The position numbers and the translations under genes were made by a program. Of a DNA stretch of 64,000 nt, positions 45,222 to 60,812 are shown piece by piece (positions within the stretch are counted from its first letter, which is position 1; every line of letters starts with the position of its first letter). The DNA is from Eledone cirrhosa (taxonomy: Eukaryota): positions 98,208,001 to 98,272,000 of the forward strand of contig OZ024742.1 in the NCBI GenBank assembly GCA_964016885.1, written 5' to 3'. The notes under the pieces were generated by a model. That model worked only from the letters and a program-made list of their open reading frames with translations, did not search any database and was not told the origin of the DNA.

Positions 45222-45784
45222 GAAAATTAGAGTTAAAACTCCAATTGGAACCCTGTAACTATTAAGCTCCAAGTATAAAATACTGAGCCGATTAATATAT
45301 ATATATATACACATTCAACAGAGAGTAGAGAGTTTGACAACAGGTCGATGACTTTAGTCTAGATAGGGTAATGACATGTGATGGTGGGGAGAGAGTGTAG
45401 AAGTTATTGTGGTGGCGGGGGACAGTGCGATATATCTAGTTCATTTGACCGTTTTCTTCTCTTTGCAAAATTTGAATTTTAGCCATGTTATATTGAGATG
45501 TAAGTAAATGTAAAATGTAAAATATAAATAAGGATTGCTCTGCTAAAACATACTAAACTATTTGTGTAACTTCCACAAACTTCTGTCGTGACATTCCCGA
45601 GTCCAGTGACCAACAAATTGTTGTATTTTGATGTTTCAGAATACAAAAATTAATTAAAAACTTACCCCACGAAAAGACAGCGTGTGTTGTCCTATCTATA
45701 AGCTCCCTCATACATACATACATACGTACATACATATATACATACACACATACATATACCTTTATAATATATAATTATATATAC

Positions 45785-45815
<31 letters not shown>

Positions 45816-45841
45816 CATACATACATACATACATACATACA

Positions 45842-45872
<31 letters not shown>

Positions 45873-46233
45873 GTATGATGAATTGATTGATCGCTAGATA
45901 GATAGAAATATAGGTAGATGTTTGAAGAAGCCAAGAAACCTATTACAAGGAATCAAAATTATATGCGTAACAATTCAAGTGGAGTATCCAAAATTTATTG
46001 AATTTTCGTTTGTGCTAGAGACAGAATAGATAAAAAAGCAGCAAATGTTAGCGACTGTAATGGTTAGGGAGGTTAATTTCAACAATATATTTGTGTCTTT
46101 TTCTTCTTTTTTTTTTGTCTTTTTGGAAATTCAATTTCTACTATTTTTGTGAAAACGGAAATTATTTAGCACCAATTTAATGAGGTGCACTAAAAATAGA
46201 TCGCAAAATATTTTCATTACTACCCTCTGCCTG

Positions 46234-46297
<64 letters not shown>

Positions 46298-49200
46298 GTT
46301 GAGGTGCAGGAAGAATTTGGAGTTGGATAGGGGCTGTTGGCAAACTAGATTCGCTGCCGGTGTTGGGCAGACTGGTTTCCTCTGACCAGTTTTGTAACAC
46401 GTTGTTGGTTCTTCTTGGCGTGTTTTTGGGACCTCCGCAGAATAGTCAAATGGTGGGGCTGTTATCCTAGAGACAAGCCGACCTTCGTGTATCACTGTTG
46501 GACTGGAACTAGTACCGGAATCCGGCCCACTCAGGATGGCTCTACCAGGATCAAAGCGCCAGATGGTAACGCTGTCTCTGATGTACAGAACACATAAGCC
46601 CCCACGACACAATAAGGTCAGACTCATATCAACCATTGAAAATCAGTTGCTAGCGATATTTTTTATACGGCTTAGTATTTCACTTCCCTTTGTCCTTTTT
46701 ATTTGTCTCTTTTGGAATTTGAACACCTGGTTCTACACAACTACTAATATTTGTACATTTGCCTTACATCAACTTTCTTATGCGCCGCGCTCTCTTTCCT
46801 TTCTATATGCCTTCTATATTTATTTGCTTGACGAATGGAAAGAGATGGATTCAAGAAATGAGAGGAAATAAATGTATATATCGAATGTGTAAATATTAAA
46901 AAAATCATTTGAACCACATATTTATCTTAATGTCTGGTTAATGTAGGAAAAATTCTTTGTACGTCGTTATTTTGATCAGCTATGAAAAACACATAAAACC
47001 AAAACACATTTTTATCGGATGCAATAAATATTTAAATTATCTCATTAGATAATTTTAATTAAACTTCCATAACTTCAGCTTTATTGAATTAACATATTTA
47101 GGTTAGATACTGGAGACGTCAAAAGGTCTGGTGTCATCACAATCGTCATCTACTGAAGGGATAATCTACTTATCTGGGATGCAATCTCTTGCAAAATCAG
47201 CGTTATGCCAAAGCTCAGCTGTCCCACTGGCTCAAGATCCCGCATTGACCAAGTACTGGCAGCTGTCTAAAATGTATATTGGTGAGCATTCAGAACGAAA
47301 ATTTCTTACGTCCAGTCTCACTGAATCAGCTTCACACTTATTGCAATCTGCAAGAAAAAAGCCCATCGTGCCTGGCCAGGTCTTCTGCGCATTTCCCTGA
47401 CCACTCTCCCAGGTAACGCATCCACCATTTCGTTCACCGGGTCCAAACATCAACAAACTTAGACATAATACGGTGTCTGCTATAATACCTCCCTACTGTT
47501 ATCCTATTATTTAAAGTTAGATAACATCATCTGAGTTAACTATATAAAATTATTTATAGAAATTATCAGTAGATAGAAGGTATAATTATATCACTATCAT
47601 AGCAACTAAACAGCAACGACGAGGTAATCTATTAATGAAATGTCATGACTACAGTCAGCTGTTTACACTTAACATTGTTTGTAGTCTGAAATGAAAATGT
47701 CTTAAAGAAATAACACTTTTAAAAAGAATAGTTATATCCAAGGCAAGCGTTAACATTACGCCAACTAGGCAGTTGTTCATGGCGTAGACATATGAAGACC
47801 GCATTATTGGTCTGTAAAGAAACAGTTTTATACACATTTTTATAATTACATTAAGTATATAATTTCCTGTAATTGATAAATACGTGTGCTACCTAGCAGC
47901 GTTATTGTAATATCCATTGTAGTAGAGAGGGTCGTATAATTGTGTGACCTATTACATAATATAGCGAGAATAAAGAATGTATAGTGAAAATTAAAGGCTT
48001 AGTCATTGTCTTCTCCTGGTCAGATGAAGAAGTGTCAAAAGGTAGTTTCTTATTACCAAATTCTAAGTTGAAATTATTTAATGTGGAAGGAAGCGATATA
48101 TAACGGGGGAGGTGGGTACATAACTAACATACGGGAATAACTAATAGAACTCTGGCTTTGATTAGATCATATCTGAAGTGGTGAGCTATGTGTTTGAATA
48201 AACGAAGTCTCAAATGAATAGCTTGGGTTGGTAGCTAAGAGAATACATTAGTTAAAGATAATGCTTTACACACGTTTTTCTGAACTAAAACGTCTATCAC
48301 GGTTTTATGGAGTTAGGGCTTGTAACAGCATTTATTCTTGTGGTGAGGATACTGAACTTTCAATCAGCGTGTTGTGGCCTTGTGTAAGACAATTTATTAA
48401 GGATTCTACAATCTACTCTGCTGGAAAAATTGCGTTACGAGGAAACAAGTGCCAAATTTTATCGTCATTTGCCTTCTCTTGGCCAAATTCATCGTCGCAG
48501 AGTAAGAGACTTAAATGTATGGACATTACTTGTGTTAAAAGAAAATCCCCACGCATAGGCATCGGAGTGGTAAACCGAAATCCGTGGTCATAGGTTCAGA
48601 ACCCGTGGTCAGCCATGACAGAACGGGGCTCTTATATTTCTACTGCGTTTATATTTCTAGGGCTAACAGTACAAGTGTGTTTATTTTACAAGATGCCTGT
48701 CTTTCGAGGAAACAACTCAGCTACTTCTGGAACTCATTTTCAGCAGAGTAAATTAAAGGATCGGGAAATGAAATGCCTTGCTGAAGGACACAATAATTAT
48801 AATATATTTAAACCGGTGAACTATATGGTCAACTCCATTTCGTTTATATCAAATCGTTTGTATTGTTAGCTAGTAAAATATATAAGAAATGTAAAGCAGA
48901 ATTTTACCTTGTCCCAGTTAATGATTTCTAATTTAGATAAAAGTTCGGCAAATTTGAAGAGAATATAGTTGATAAAATAAACCCCAGTACTTGAATGGAA
49001 TATATTTAACCGACTCTGTCCTTGTTATTATGCACTGTATAGAATCAACGATGCCGATGTAAAATATCAACCGTTAAGAATAATATATAAGTAAATTCAT
49101 AATGTAATTTATGACAACATTCCTTTTCCCTTTCTAGGGAATACGCCGTTTCTGCAACTCATTAGTATATTCCCAGCTGATATAGTAGTATATTTTTAGC

Positions 49201-49398
49201 GTAAATTACTTTCATTTGCCACTAAATAATTTTCTTCGAAATATAAGTTTATTTTTATGAATATGCAGATCAATTATTTCTTAATTCTTTTAATAGATTC
49301 TTTCTAAACATACACACACATGTATATATATATATGTATATATAATATATATATATATATACAATATATATATATATATACAATATATATATATATAT

Positions 49399-49437
<39 letters not shown>

Positions 49438-49547
49438 GTAATAAAATGAAAACGAAATTTCATTTCTCACTCTTAGTACGGCACTTACTTAAATGTAAGT
49501 ATGCATGTATACGTACATACATATATGTATACAGACGTACAGTAGCA

Positions 49548-49607
<60 letters not shown>

Positions 49608-49658
49608 TACAGGTACACATACATATATGTACGCATCATGTATGTATATGTGTATATA

Positions 49659-49716
<58 letters not shown>

Positions 49717-49764
49717 TGCTACTGTACGTCTGTATACATATATGCATGTACGTATACATACATA

Positions 49765-49836
<72 letters not shown>

Positions 49837-50255
49837 ATATATATATATATATATATATTCAAAACAACGAACAGCGGAGGACAGGTTTCGCACCTTTCCG
49901 ACAGACAACCCCCCCCCCCCGGAAAAATAACGCCCTTGATGGATGTGAATCCGAAATATATAGGGACAATTAAATCTCTCCCAAGATAACTATATCTCTT
50001 GTTATTATTTTTATTTGTTATGCTATTTCCTACGTTCTTCTACACACTATACATCTCAATCTACATTCACTTACATCTCTCTCTCTCCACCACCGTATCT
50101 TGTTACTCGGAGATTTACCTATCTGCATTGTTGAGGCTTCCAAAACCACCTACAGAAATATATCTTTATATATATATATATATATATCTGTCCCTCCCTC
50201 TCTTATATTGTCTCTCTTTATTTATTTCTCTCCCTACTCAAACACACACACACAC

Positions 50256-50307
<52 letters not shown>

Positions 50308-50311
<4 letters not shown>

Positions 50312-51053
50312 CAATAAACAAGAGAGATGAACACTAATATAAACATACGTGTGTTCGAATCGTAAGGACTAGGTTAGCTAGGGTGTAAAAATACTAACTA
50401 CAGCAATATGGTTTGTCAGACTTAATTTTAAGTAGTAAATTAAGAAAAATAACACACCTATATCGGGCAATAGCCTGGTAACAACTAGACAGTTTTGAAA
50501 ACTGTTTCGCAACATCTTATTAAATGAAGTCAACACTTTTCTCTGCTCCTCAGTAGTTGTTGAGAAATTAGCGATCCTTCCACTACTAAAATATTAGAAG
50601 ACTGAATTGTGTGCGATATGAAATAGCGCACGTGTCTCCGCAACCCAGCTTGTCTCGAAATCTCGTGCCGCTAAAAATTGCAGTCTTCTAATATTTTTTG
50701 AAATGGAAGGATCGCTAATTTCTCAAAAACTACTGAGGAGCAGAGAAACGTGTGGACTTCACTTAATAAGATGTTGCGGAACAGTTTTAAAAACTGTCTA
50801 GTTGTTACCAGGCGTTTGCCCGATATATGTCAGTTATTGTTCTTAATTTACTACTTAAAATTAAGTCTGACAAACCATATTGCTGTAGTTAGTATTTTTT
50901 CACCCTAGCTAACCTAGTCCTTACGATTCGAACACATGTATATTTATATTAGTGTTGATCTCTCTTGTTTATTCAATTATATTACCCCGCTCGGAAAAGC
51001 TTTTTTCTTTGAGCTATTTAATTGTAAGAGACTACTCTGAGTTTCTAACTCAC
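50308..51053 (+). mobile_element. Fold-back non-coding PLE-type cassette with two HHR copies
   Basis: Arms ~50310-50607 and ~50676-50977, ~68-bp spacer, ~75-bp tail, (TA)n on both sides; homologous to 15231-15892. Confidence 0.85.
50481..50560 (-). ncRNA. Type I hammerhead ribozyme, canonical core (twin at 50728-50803, +, has GGAA)
   Basis: acaacta-CTGAGGA-gca...tgc-GAAA-cagtttt(c)aaaactg-TC-tagttgt. Confidence 0.85.
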
Positions 51054-51100
51054 TATATATATATATATATATATAAATTATTTATTAAAATAACAGATGA

Positions 51101-51153
51101 AAGTTTAAGCAAAGAATCGCTGCTTTCCCCCTTAACGGGATCTTCTGAAACTT
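51101..51153 (-). ncRNA. Type I hammerhead ribozyme (U4A) in small fold-back 51075-51295
   Basis: aagttt-CAGAAGA-tccc(gttaa)gggg-GAAA-gca(gcgattctt)tgc-TT-aaactt. Confidence 0.65.
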
Positions 51154-51292
51154 AAGGATGAAAGCAGCGATTCTTGGCTTAAACTTTAATCTGTTATTTT
51201 AATAAATATTTGCTCTACGGTTCTTATATATTTGAAATATATTTATCCTTATCGAACCCTCTTTGGATTTTAGTCTTCAAATTTATCATTAT

Positions 51293-51401
<109 letters not shown>

Positions 51402-52489
51402 AATGAAGAATTAGAAATAGAACCCAGGAATATCCGTCATCAGTGGTCTACTAGCCATCATAGATATTTCTTCGTATTACAGACGATATACCTCAAGCTA
51501 ATATATATGTATATATATATCTTACTTTATATCTGATTTAGTCACTGATAATTTTAAACAATTATGTAAGTATGCAAATATGGTATGTATCTATATAATG
51601 AATGCCTACTTCACCCCCTTATATCCATGTATTACGTTATTTGATTCTTTATGGTGACGATTTACAGAGTCGTCTACGCTCTCAAATTTGCCTTTCACCA
51701 TTTTACAATCGATAGATTAGGTATGTTACCAATCTAATGCGTGTGGATTCGGAGAAATGTTAAAGTGTCTGAGGGAATTCTTTGGCGTACCTCACCCGGT
51801 TCTGTATTTTCTGAGTTCAAATCGCGCCCCCATCTGCCAGATACTGTGAACAGCAAATACTCTCAGAAATGCAAATAGCAACAGAATCATGGTTTCCTTT
51901 GTCCCTTGTGACGATCTGCTTTTTTCTTTTCGTCTTCTTACGTTTACTTTCATTTCCTTTTATTTCATTAATTCTAAGTTGGTTCTATTTATTGCTTCAT
52001 TGTCATGAGGTATTTGTTTTTAATGTACTATGTTCACACTTTTGGAAAGTACTTAGTCTTGGGATTAGAATATTTGGCTCACAATTATTAGGTCATTGGT
52101 TAGATTTCCAAACCGGATGGTACATTGTGGTCTTGAACAAGGCACTTAATTTTACCTTGCTTCACCTCACTCTACTGCAAAGGTAAACCTACCTCCACGT
52201 GTAGTTTAGCATGCTATTATCAATTACTTAATCTCTACGAAACACGAATAAACTATGGGTTACAACCTGCTTGTGCAAGTGTGGAAAAACGTACGTAAAT
52301 CGATACGACTAACACGAACATAACATATCCTAGCTGCCAATCAGTCCATGGGCGCTTATCTCATGATATGCCTCAGAGGCGTCGTACTCTCCTGGTCTGA
52401 ACAAAGCTGATTTCTTCCAGAAAAAGAAAGACCGGAAAGGAACAAATGATATAGTAAGAAAGAGAGTGGAGGAAACGACCATGTTTGGT

Positions 52490-52612
52490 AATTTGTTTTA
52501 TTGACATCGAAAGGATGAAAAGGAAAATTGACCTCGGTAGAATTTCAACTCGGAAAGGAGAGATAGGATTGAATACCACAAAGCATTGTTTGACAGCTTA
52601 ACGACTCCCCAT
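52490..52612 (-). mobile_element. tRNA-derived SINE, family A (degenerate)
   Basis: TTGACATCGAAAGGATGAAAAGGAAAATTGACCTCGGTAGAATTTCAACTC. Confidence 0.6.
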
Positions 52613-53240
52613 TTTGTTTCTGTTAATACAAACGATTTATTGAAGCCTAAGTCGATTTAAATATATTTCACCGGTTAAGAAAATATTTTATATCTATATT
52701 TGTTCTTATCCCTTTAAGTTATTTATCTTTCAGATAACAAACAATGATAATTGTAGACAACTGAAGTGTAGACACGACATTTAATTAACAGATTTCCTTC
52801 TAGTCGTTGGTTAGGTACTAAAATAATTATATAATTATCATTTCTGTCTACCAATAATTTCATTCAATAATTTCACGTATCTGGCTAAATATTTTCGCTA
52901 TCTTTAATATGTAATAACCAAAACAATAACATGGTATTATAGAAAGCATTTTCTCAATTACGTTTTTTGTTCGTTCAATGTCGGGAACAAAATGAAGAAC
53001 GTGTTTTCCTTGAGTTTGACCATACACATAGTCGGAAGGAATCAGTCCAAACACGGGTCTGATTTCTCCGGATGATTCATCTCCATACTAATCGCAATAC
53101 GTTAGACGGTTGTCCAAGGACGAAGGATACATATGTTACCATTGATATGAGCTCAAAGAGTGCATCCAGTATGTTGTGGGCTTGCCAATTTCAGTTTGTC
53201 GTCTTTCCTCAAATATTAACTAAAAAACATATATATATAC

Positions 53241-53357
<117 letters not shown>

Positions 53358-53569
53358 TTCTATAAATATGTGTGTATGGTTCGATAGATGGCATATTTTA
53401 TCTTTAAATAAAATTGCATCATATATTACAAAATTATACAAACCGATTGCAGCTCTACGGAAAAATATAGGTTATATAACAATGCGCTTCACGTGCAAGC
53501 AAAAACAAATAAAATCTACACTCCTCACCAAGAAATAGTAAAAATTAAAATAGAAATAAATTTTGGAGA

Positions 53570-54610
53570 CAGTATAATCAACTTTATCCAATACAAGTTG
53601 ATCACTCTCGAACAGGAATTGGGAGCTGTCAGCGAGAAACATTGATACCAGACACAGATGAATGAAAAAATATGATTAATAAGAAGTTTCAACCGAAACC
53701 AAACACCAGGCTATAGGTACTTCAGAGGCAGAGCAATAAATGCCACTGAGGCCCCATCCCAGAAAGTCATAGACTACTTCTGGTAAAAGATATGGGGTGC
53801 AAAAAAGACATTCAAACAAGATGCGGTGTGGCTGAAATAGATCGAAACGAACTAGTGCCCTGCACTACAACAAAAGCATACAGCATTAATGATGATTCTC
53901 TTGAGTGTGTGATGGGAAAACTCCAAAATAAAGAAGCACTAGGAAGAGATTTGTTAGTTGGCTACTTGTACAAAAAACTGATTTCCTATTAGATATATCA
54001 AACTCTAACAGCAAGCACTCCCGCAAGATGTACATATATCAGAGTGGTTGATATTAGCAGAAACAATATTGTTCCCAAAAAAACAAAAAAACAATCACTT
54101 TACAGAAAACTACGAACCTATTGCACGCCATAAACAATGTAGGACATGTATATGTGAGGAAGAAAAACCCTGACCTTGTCACGATTTTTTCAAAATATAT
54201 AACAATGAGTTTGACCAGAGGGAAAGAACTAAAAGCCAATCTAGTAACATTTCTAACTATGGCGTAACTGTTTCATAGGTATCTGACAAAGGAGTGCTAA
54301 GAATACATAGAGGTAGATGAAAATATATCGTATGATTGTTTTAGTAACCAGTGACGCGTAACCAGGTAATATAAGATCCGATCTATTAAACAAATCTGTC
54401 TACAAGAAACAGATAACATCATCAGAGTTGGGAAGAAGCTCCTTGAGAAATATTCCCTGTAGGAAAAAACAAACATTCAGACACAGATAAATTGTGACAC
54501 ATTCAGACACAGATAAGCAGTCAATATTGGATCAACAACCGCTGTATTGGCTCTCATTTTGAGGGATATGCTTTTGCAGTCAAAAAACAGGAAATAAGTT
54601 CAAGACGAGA
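53570..54610 (+). pseudogene. Decayed R4/Dong-clade non-LTR retrotransposon RT relic
   Basis: Fragments APS...YFW*KIWG, KLQNKEALGRDLLVGYLYKKL (cf. KAPGxDxIxxYWxKK), EWLILAETILFPK...ENYEPIA and EGYAFAVKKQEI (cf. EGFxxAIQDQxI). Confidence 0.55.
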
Positions 54611-54910
54611 GCAGCTGTGGTCGAAGGGTTGAGGTTGATTTTTGTAATAAATATCATCATCAGTGAGGTTCTTACCTTTCCTTTATACATCTCACATTGT
54701 ACACTAATATAGCAATCTCTTCCTACAAAGCATCCAAAACAAACGCAGATGGTGTCTACAAAATTAATGGCATATAGAAGGGCAGATATTTTAGAGGACC
54801 AATTGTAAAGAGCGCTAAAAATATCAGCGAAACCAAGTATCTATATTGCAGCTCCACAAATCTAAAATTTGGATCTATATACTATGAATTGGTTTAATCA
54901 ACATACCTAA

Positions 54911-54941
<31 letters not shown>

Positions 54942-55229
54942 AGAGAATTATAAAATTAACTTAATAATTAGTTTCTGAAAGGGAATAAATATACTTTCCG
55001 AAGAAGTGTACAGAGAAGCCTTTCGTCATTAGGGAAGTCGAAATGGGAGTGAAATGGGAGTGAAATTTTAGTAAGTAAGTTAATTTTATAATTTTCTTAT
55101 TTTACGTCTCTCATATTATTGTTCTGCACCCCATGCATTGAACCACAAAGTTACTAAGACAAAACCTATATATTTGCTAGCATAAGTATGCATCTGTGTA
55201 TATATATGTTACTAGATATACTAATTCTT

Positions 55230-55262
<33 letters not shown>

Positions 55263-55605
55263 CTTGATTATACTACTCCAAAAAGGAAATTCGATGAACA
55301 TCAAATTCAGAGCATATTTTATACAAATTTAAAAGATATATCAAAACATATTTTTCATGTTAAGTTGAGAAACAAAAACTATAATTATGTACATATGCAG
55401 AGAAAGAGAAACAAATAATGTATTTACTCACTTTGATTGCAAAATTGCTGACGGCCGTTTATTGGAATTCCAGAAACCGAAGTTTATAATCGATTTTAAT
55501 GATTGGTACCAATCACTAATTATCGGAATAGTAAGCTTACGTGAATTGAAAATAATATAAACCACCGGGTATTGCTTATCTACAAACACAGATGTTACAT
55601 ATACA

Positions 55606-55699
<94 letters not shown>

Positions 55700-55719
55700 A
55701 TATATATGTATATATATAT

Positions 55720-55915
55720 GAAAAACAAAATCCGACGGCAGAGTTCAAGCCGTTTCGACGGCTATTTCTGGACTAAATAGTCCAGAAATAGCCGTCGAAA
55801 CGGCTTGAGATCTGCCGTCGGGGTTAAACCTTTTCATATTACCCACTCTACTACACTAAGTATTGAGTACTCTGGTGCATTTTGGTCCAACTGGTTCCTT
55901 ACCACACTTCCGTCG

Positions 55916-55918
<3 letters not shown>
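55720..55918 (+). mobile_element. Short fold-back copy of the 16943-17970 family
   Basis: Near-perfect hairpin centred at ~55776, followed by the family tail. Confidence 0.85.
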
Positions 55919-55968
<50 letters not shown>

Positions 55969-55977
55969 TATACTTGC

Positions 55978-56008
<31 letters not shown>

Positions 56009-59000
56009 TATATGCGTGTGTGTGCTTGTGTATGAGTCTATGTGTGTGTGTGTGGGTGTGTGTCTGAGTCTGTGTTTGTGTACGCATGCATGTGTATTGG
56101 CAACCAAATGAACATGTGTTTGTATGTCTGTATAACCTTGTATTTAATTAAATATTCACAAAGTCGAATATAGGCGGGTACAGATATGTATTGTTCATGT
56201 ACCTGGTGCCAGATGCTCGCTGAATATCATAGAAAACAAGCAGCAGCTGACTAGCGTATCATCATCATCATCTTCTTCTACTTTGGCTGATGAGGGAGAG
56301 CAATTTGTAACGATGCTGGTGACTTTTTTAGTAGAAATGTTGTTGGTTGACGTTTTGTCCGTTGATGTTATGATTGGTGTGATAAAAGTGATCACTACCT
56401 ACAATGAATTGAGTCAGACTAGCACGCTTACCAAACTGAAAAATCATATATTTTGATTTGTCCTATGGAATGTGACGAAACAATGTAGGATAATAACTCA
56501 ACCAGAATGCGTTAAAGGTTTACATGTTGCTAAAGGTAGTGTTCATAGTTAAGAGTATTTTGTTGTAAGGTGTTGAAATACGTCAGTGAATGTTTGCATG
56601 CGAAGATGCACACAGGCTGAGATGTGATATAACGTTGGTGCACGGTTGATTTACTGACCTGAATAACATGACGCAGCACTAGCTGTGCCTTAATGACTAG
56701 CGATTGCTATAGAGAGATGCGGTCTATTAACTCTGTAAGAGACTTGCCGAGTGAGAGAGCGAGTGGAGCTGGATTGAGTTGAGCTTCAATACCCTTAGGA
56801 TTCATCATAGCTATTTTGGGCTGTGATAATATAGCTATTTTTTGTCTGTAGTTCTTATCCGCATGTTTACCCGTGCTTATTTCGCTACCATTTGTTGTTG
56901 GGTCTAATTATAATGGTGTTCATAAAACAAACAAAGAAATAAAACAACATATACAATATATATAAATACATGTATAATGTGTCGCCAGCTATGTTCGTTA
57001 AACTGAGATGTAGTTTCTAAGTTTTTAATTTATTTATTTATATTTTATTTCATTTTTATTTGTTTCCATTAAATTCTGCTGTATCATTTGCTCACTTTAC
57101 TTAAAAATCTTTATTTTACAGCATCACATTTCTATTTATTCAAATGCCTGTCTCGTGTTGTTTTGGCCACCATGTTGATCAAGAACTTATGAATCAAAAT
57201 TCGGTTCTATCAAGACTGACCGATGATTAAATATTAACAAACTGACAAACACGGAGAAGTTGCTATGAGGATACTCAACTTGTTAGAAATAAAAGCAAAT
57301 TATTATTAATCAGAATAGACACATTTGTTAATATATTCAACTGACACATACGAAAAGACGAAGTGACCAAAGCTAGTATGAGTTTATCCTATGTTTGCTC
57401 TATTAAGTTGGAACTGAGGTCCAACTATAACTGATAGAATTTAACTGGAGTTAAACAATAAAAATTTAAGCAGAAATGATGATTGAACAATTAAATTATT
57501 TTATGTGGAAATGTGAAGTGCAGTCATCAACTAGAGTGTTGGGGATTGAAAAGTGTGAGATAGAGAGTTATACGATATTTGTGAAGCTAAGGATAACATC
57601 AATCATTGGTCCGACTACCCAGCTTTACACAACAGAAACAATAAATGTTTGTCAAGAGTCTGCATATATAATTATTTGGTATGTAAAATCACCTAAAAAA
57701 TAAAATACAATGGTTTTAGACTAAGAAACATGAAAAGATGACCGTGAAGAATGAATTGGGTCAACCCAATGGTTCGGTAACAGAATTGTTCTACGTGTTT
57801 CTATCCTACTATATACAAGCTGTAGTAGACGTACAAAGCGTTTGTCACGTTGGGAAGGGGATGGTAAGATTGAGTTCTCATGAGAGAAAAGGAGAAAAGG
57901 CACCGATTTAGAAATAACATAGTAAAACTATATAATTGTTAAATGTTTTTAATAAGTTGATTTTTAAACTAATGACAACTCCCATTGAACAAAATTATAA
58001 TCAAAATAATTCCGGTTATGACCATTACCTTTTAAAATGATAGAGTGAAGGAGATTTAACTGATATTACTAGCTGGCCAAATAATGGCATAGAAGCCTCG
58101 ATGCTAGCCATATAGTGTCTTATGTTTGAAACAGCAATGATTTTTCCATGTGATTTCATGGTGAATATAATTCCTGTATTTATCATGAGCAGAATTTATT
58201 TGTCTATTATGGCACAAACTCAACATTTTATGAATTCTACATTGTTGTAAATCATTGTTTTTTTTCCTTTTGATGGAGGCCATCGTTTGTTCAAATTAAC
58301 GTGTAAATAGATGAGAATTCTACAGTCATATCTAACTTATGTTCGAACTAGAATGAGAAAATGTGACAAACATTTGAATTACAGGTAAAATTCAGATAAA
58401 GGGAGGTTGAGAAAGAGGGAGAATGTGGGGTTGGTGATAGTAGCAGCTGCTGGATTTTTTGTTTTAATCTGACGCTTTCACAAGTCTTTATGAAATGAGA
58501 GCGATGTTAAAATATGTGCATGTGACAGTCTGAGAGAAAAATAAAAGGAAATGTTTTTAAAACGTCGGTCACACTGTAAGATAAGTGTGTAAGGCTTAAT
58601 TGATATATATATATATATATACCTTGTCGCACTTACATATCCGTATTCATTTAAATATTTTGAAACAATAATAACCAGAAGTAACCATATTTCTAGCTGT
58701 TTGTGGATTTCAATATGGTGGTGGATATGTGGGGGTAGGGGTAAAGAGAATTTGTTGCTGGTGCATAAGTTTCTGGTAATGGTGGATGTACGTTAATATA
58801 TGTAAATATGAAATTACTAGAGATTTGATAACCAACTAAAGCTGTGTATATATATAAATTACTTTAATGAGGCACATACTTTCGCGTTATGAAATTCTAC
58901 TCAAATAAACAAATAGATTGCTTATGTAGAGTATACATACAAACACACACACAAAGATATATATATATATAATGTATGATCTACAAATGGCTTCTTCAGG

Positions 59001-59139
59001 ACTAGAACTGTTTCATTCGAAGGAAATCATCAGAAAACATTGTATATACTCTACTATATCCTATATCTTGAGTACTTTACTTACTGTGGTTACCCCGATT
59101 GAACTCGGGGTACACACACACACTCATATATATACAAAC

Positions 59140-59234
<95 letters not shown>

Positions 59235-60212
59235 GCCCCGCCATGGCCTCAGCTTGTCGGCTGGGACACGTAATAGAGTATTATATGTATATGTGTATAG
59301 AGAGAAAGAGAGAGAGAGATGGAGTAACTTAAACATATATTGAACACTCTACTACTCTCCTTTTAAATGTGCTATTATTAATGATGCGTATATATTTTCT
59401 TGTTAATATTCTATCTATATGTTTGGTAAAATAAAAAAAGCTTCCTAATATTGAATTTCTAGGCTTGGGAATTCTTCTTAATGAAGAGATGATAGTGGAA
59501 AATTACTGATGATTTTTGGAGTAGGCAGCAGTAGATCATAGGAATAATTTTGTAACTGATAATATATCGTACCTAGCTTTGAATTCCTGAAATCTTAACT
59601 CCATATGTGTTGCTTTGCGTTGGATTTTGGTAAGTATTTTATTATTAATAAAGCTTTCATAGAGAATCCAGTTTTTCAATGGAATCCTATATAGGATATT
59701 TCGAGTTATCAATGGATGGTGGATATATAAACTAACGTTAACTCGTTTTGCTTCTTTAAAAATATATATATGTCGCTTTGTTTCGTGTTCTTTATTGCAA
59801 TATGCTATAATGGAATCTCGCTATAAATGTATGGCTAACCGAAAATAGATATTCCTGATAATATAGCAAAATAAATACAACAGATATATTAATATAAAAG
59901 AATTTTACTCGATAAAAGCATTTTACTCGATAAAAGCATATAACTATGAGATGTTTAGTGACATAAATTTTATATTTTAAAAAGAGGTCTTCTCTTTCAA
60001 AGGTAGGAAATATCTATTCAGAATAATTATGACTATGATCAAGTAAGCTTTGTAAGCTAATTCTCTGCTACCTGAAATCTCCTTAACAACAAGTTATGTA
60101 ACTGTCGATCACGTTATTGTCTGTTTAAAAATCCTGCTGAATCAATGATTGTAATGTGCATAGAGCTTCTCTCACCTTACAAAAAATAATAGTGGAGTAC
60201 TTCACTATCATC

Positions 60213-60249
<37 letters not shown>

Positions 60250-60260
60250 CTGTGTGTGTG

Positions 60261-60312
<52 letters not shown>

Positions 60313-60696
60313 TGTGTGTGTGTGTGTTTGCCCGTGTCCTAACCAGTTTTCAATTTGTCACGCTATTTAACATATGCTACTTACTCTAAGTTGTAACCTA
60401 TCGATTTATCGATACATTCTTATTGAGTGCTTCGTGCAAATTATTATATCGTGCGTTTGGCCGACTGCCATAACTTCGATTTCACCAACCTTCTACTTGC
60501 ATATACCACTTATGTTAGCTGTTTACCAATGGTTAGAACTGGTGGTTTTGGTAAATGATGATGTAATACATTAACTAAAGCATTCAAGTTTATGCAAATT
60601 ACCCATCTTAGATTTCATATCACTTGGCTGGTGCAGGAACGGTGTTAGGTGTTCTTTAAAACAACAACACAATGCCGCACTAGAAAATTTACTTTA

Positions 60697-60812
<116 letters not shown>

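Noticed and set aside
59000-59036. Minus-strand CTGATGA-tttccttcgaat-GAAA next to a PLE-like tail
   Set aside because: The stem I partner is missing; at best a truncated remnant. Similar partial remnants at ~24875-24995, 30571-30590, 49870-49950, 54990-55035 and 62440-62510 were also not counted.
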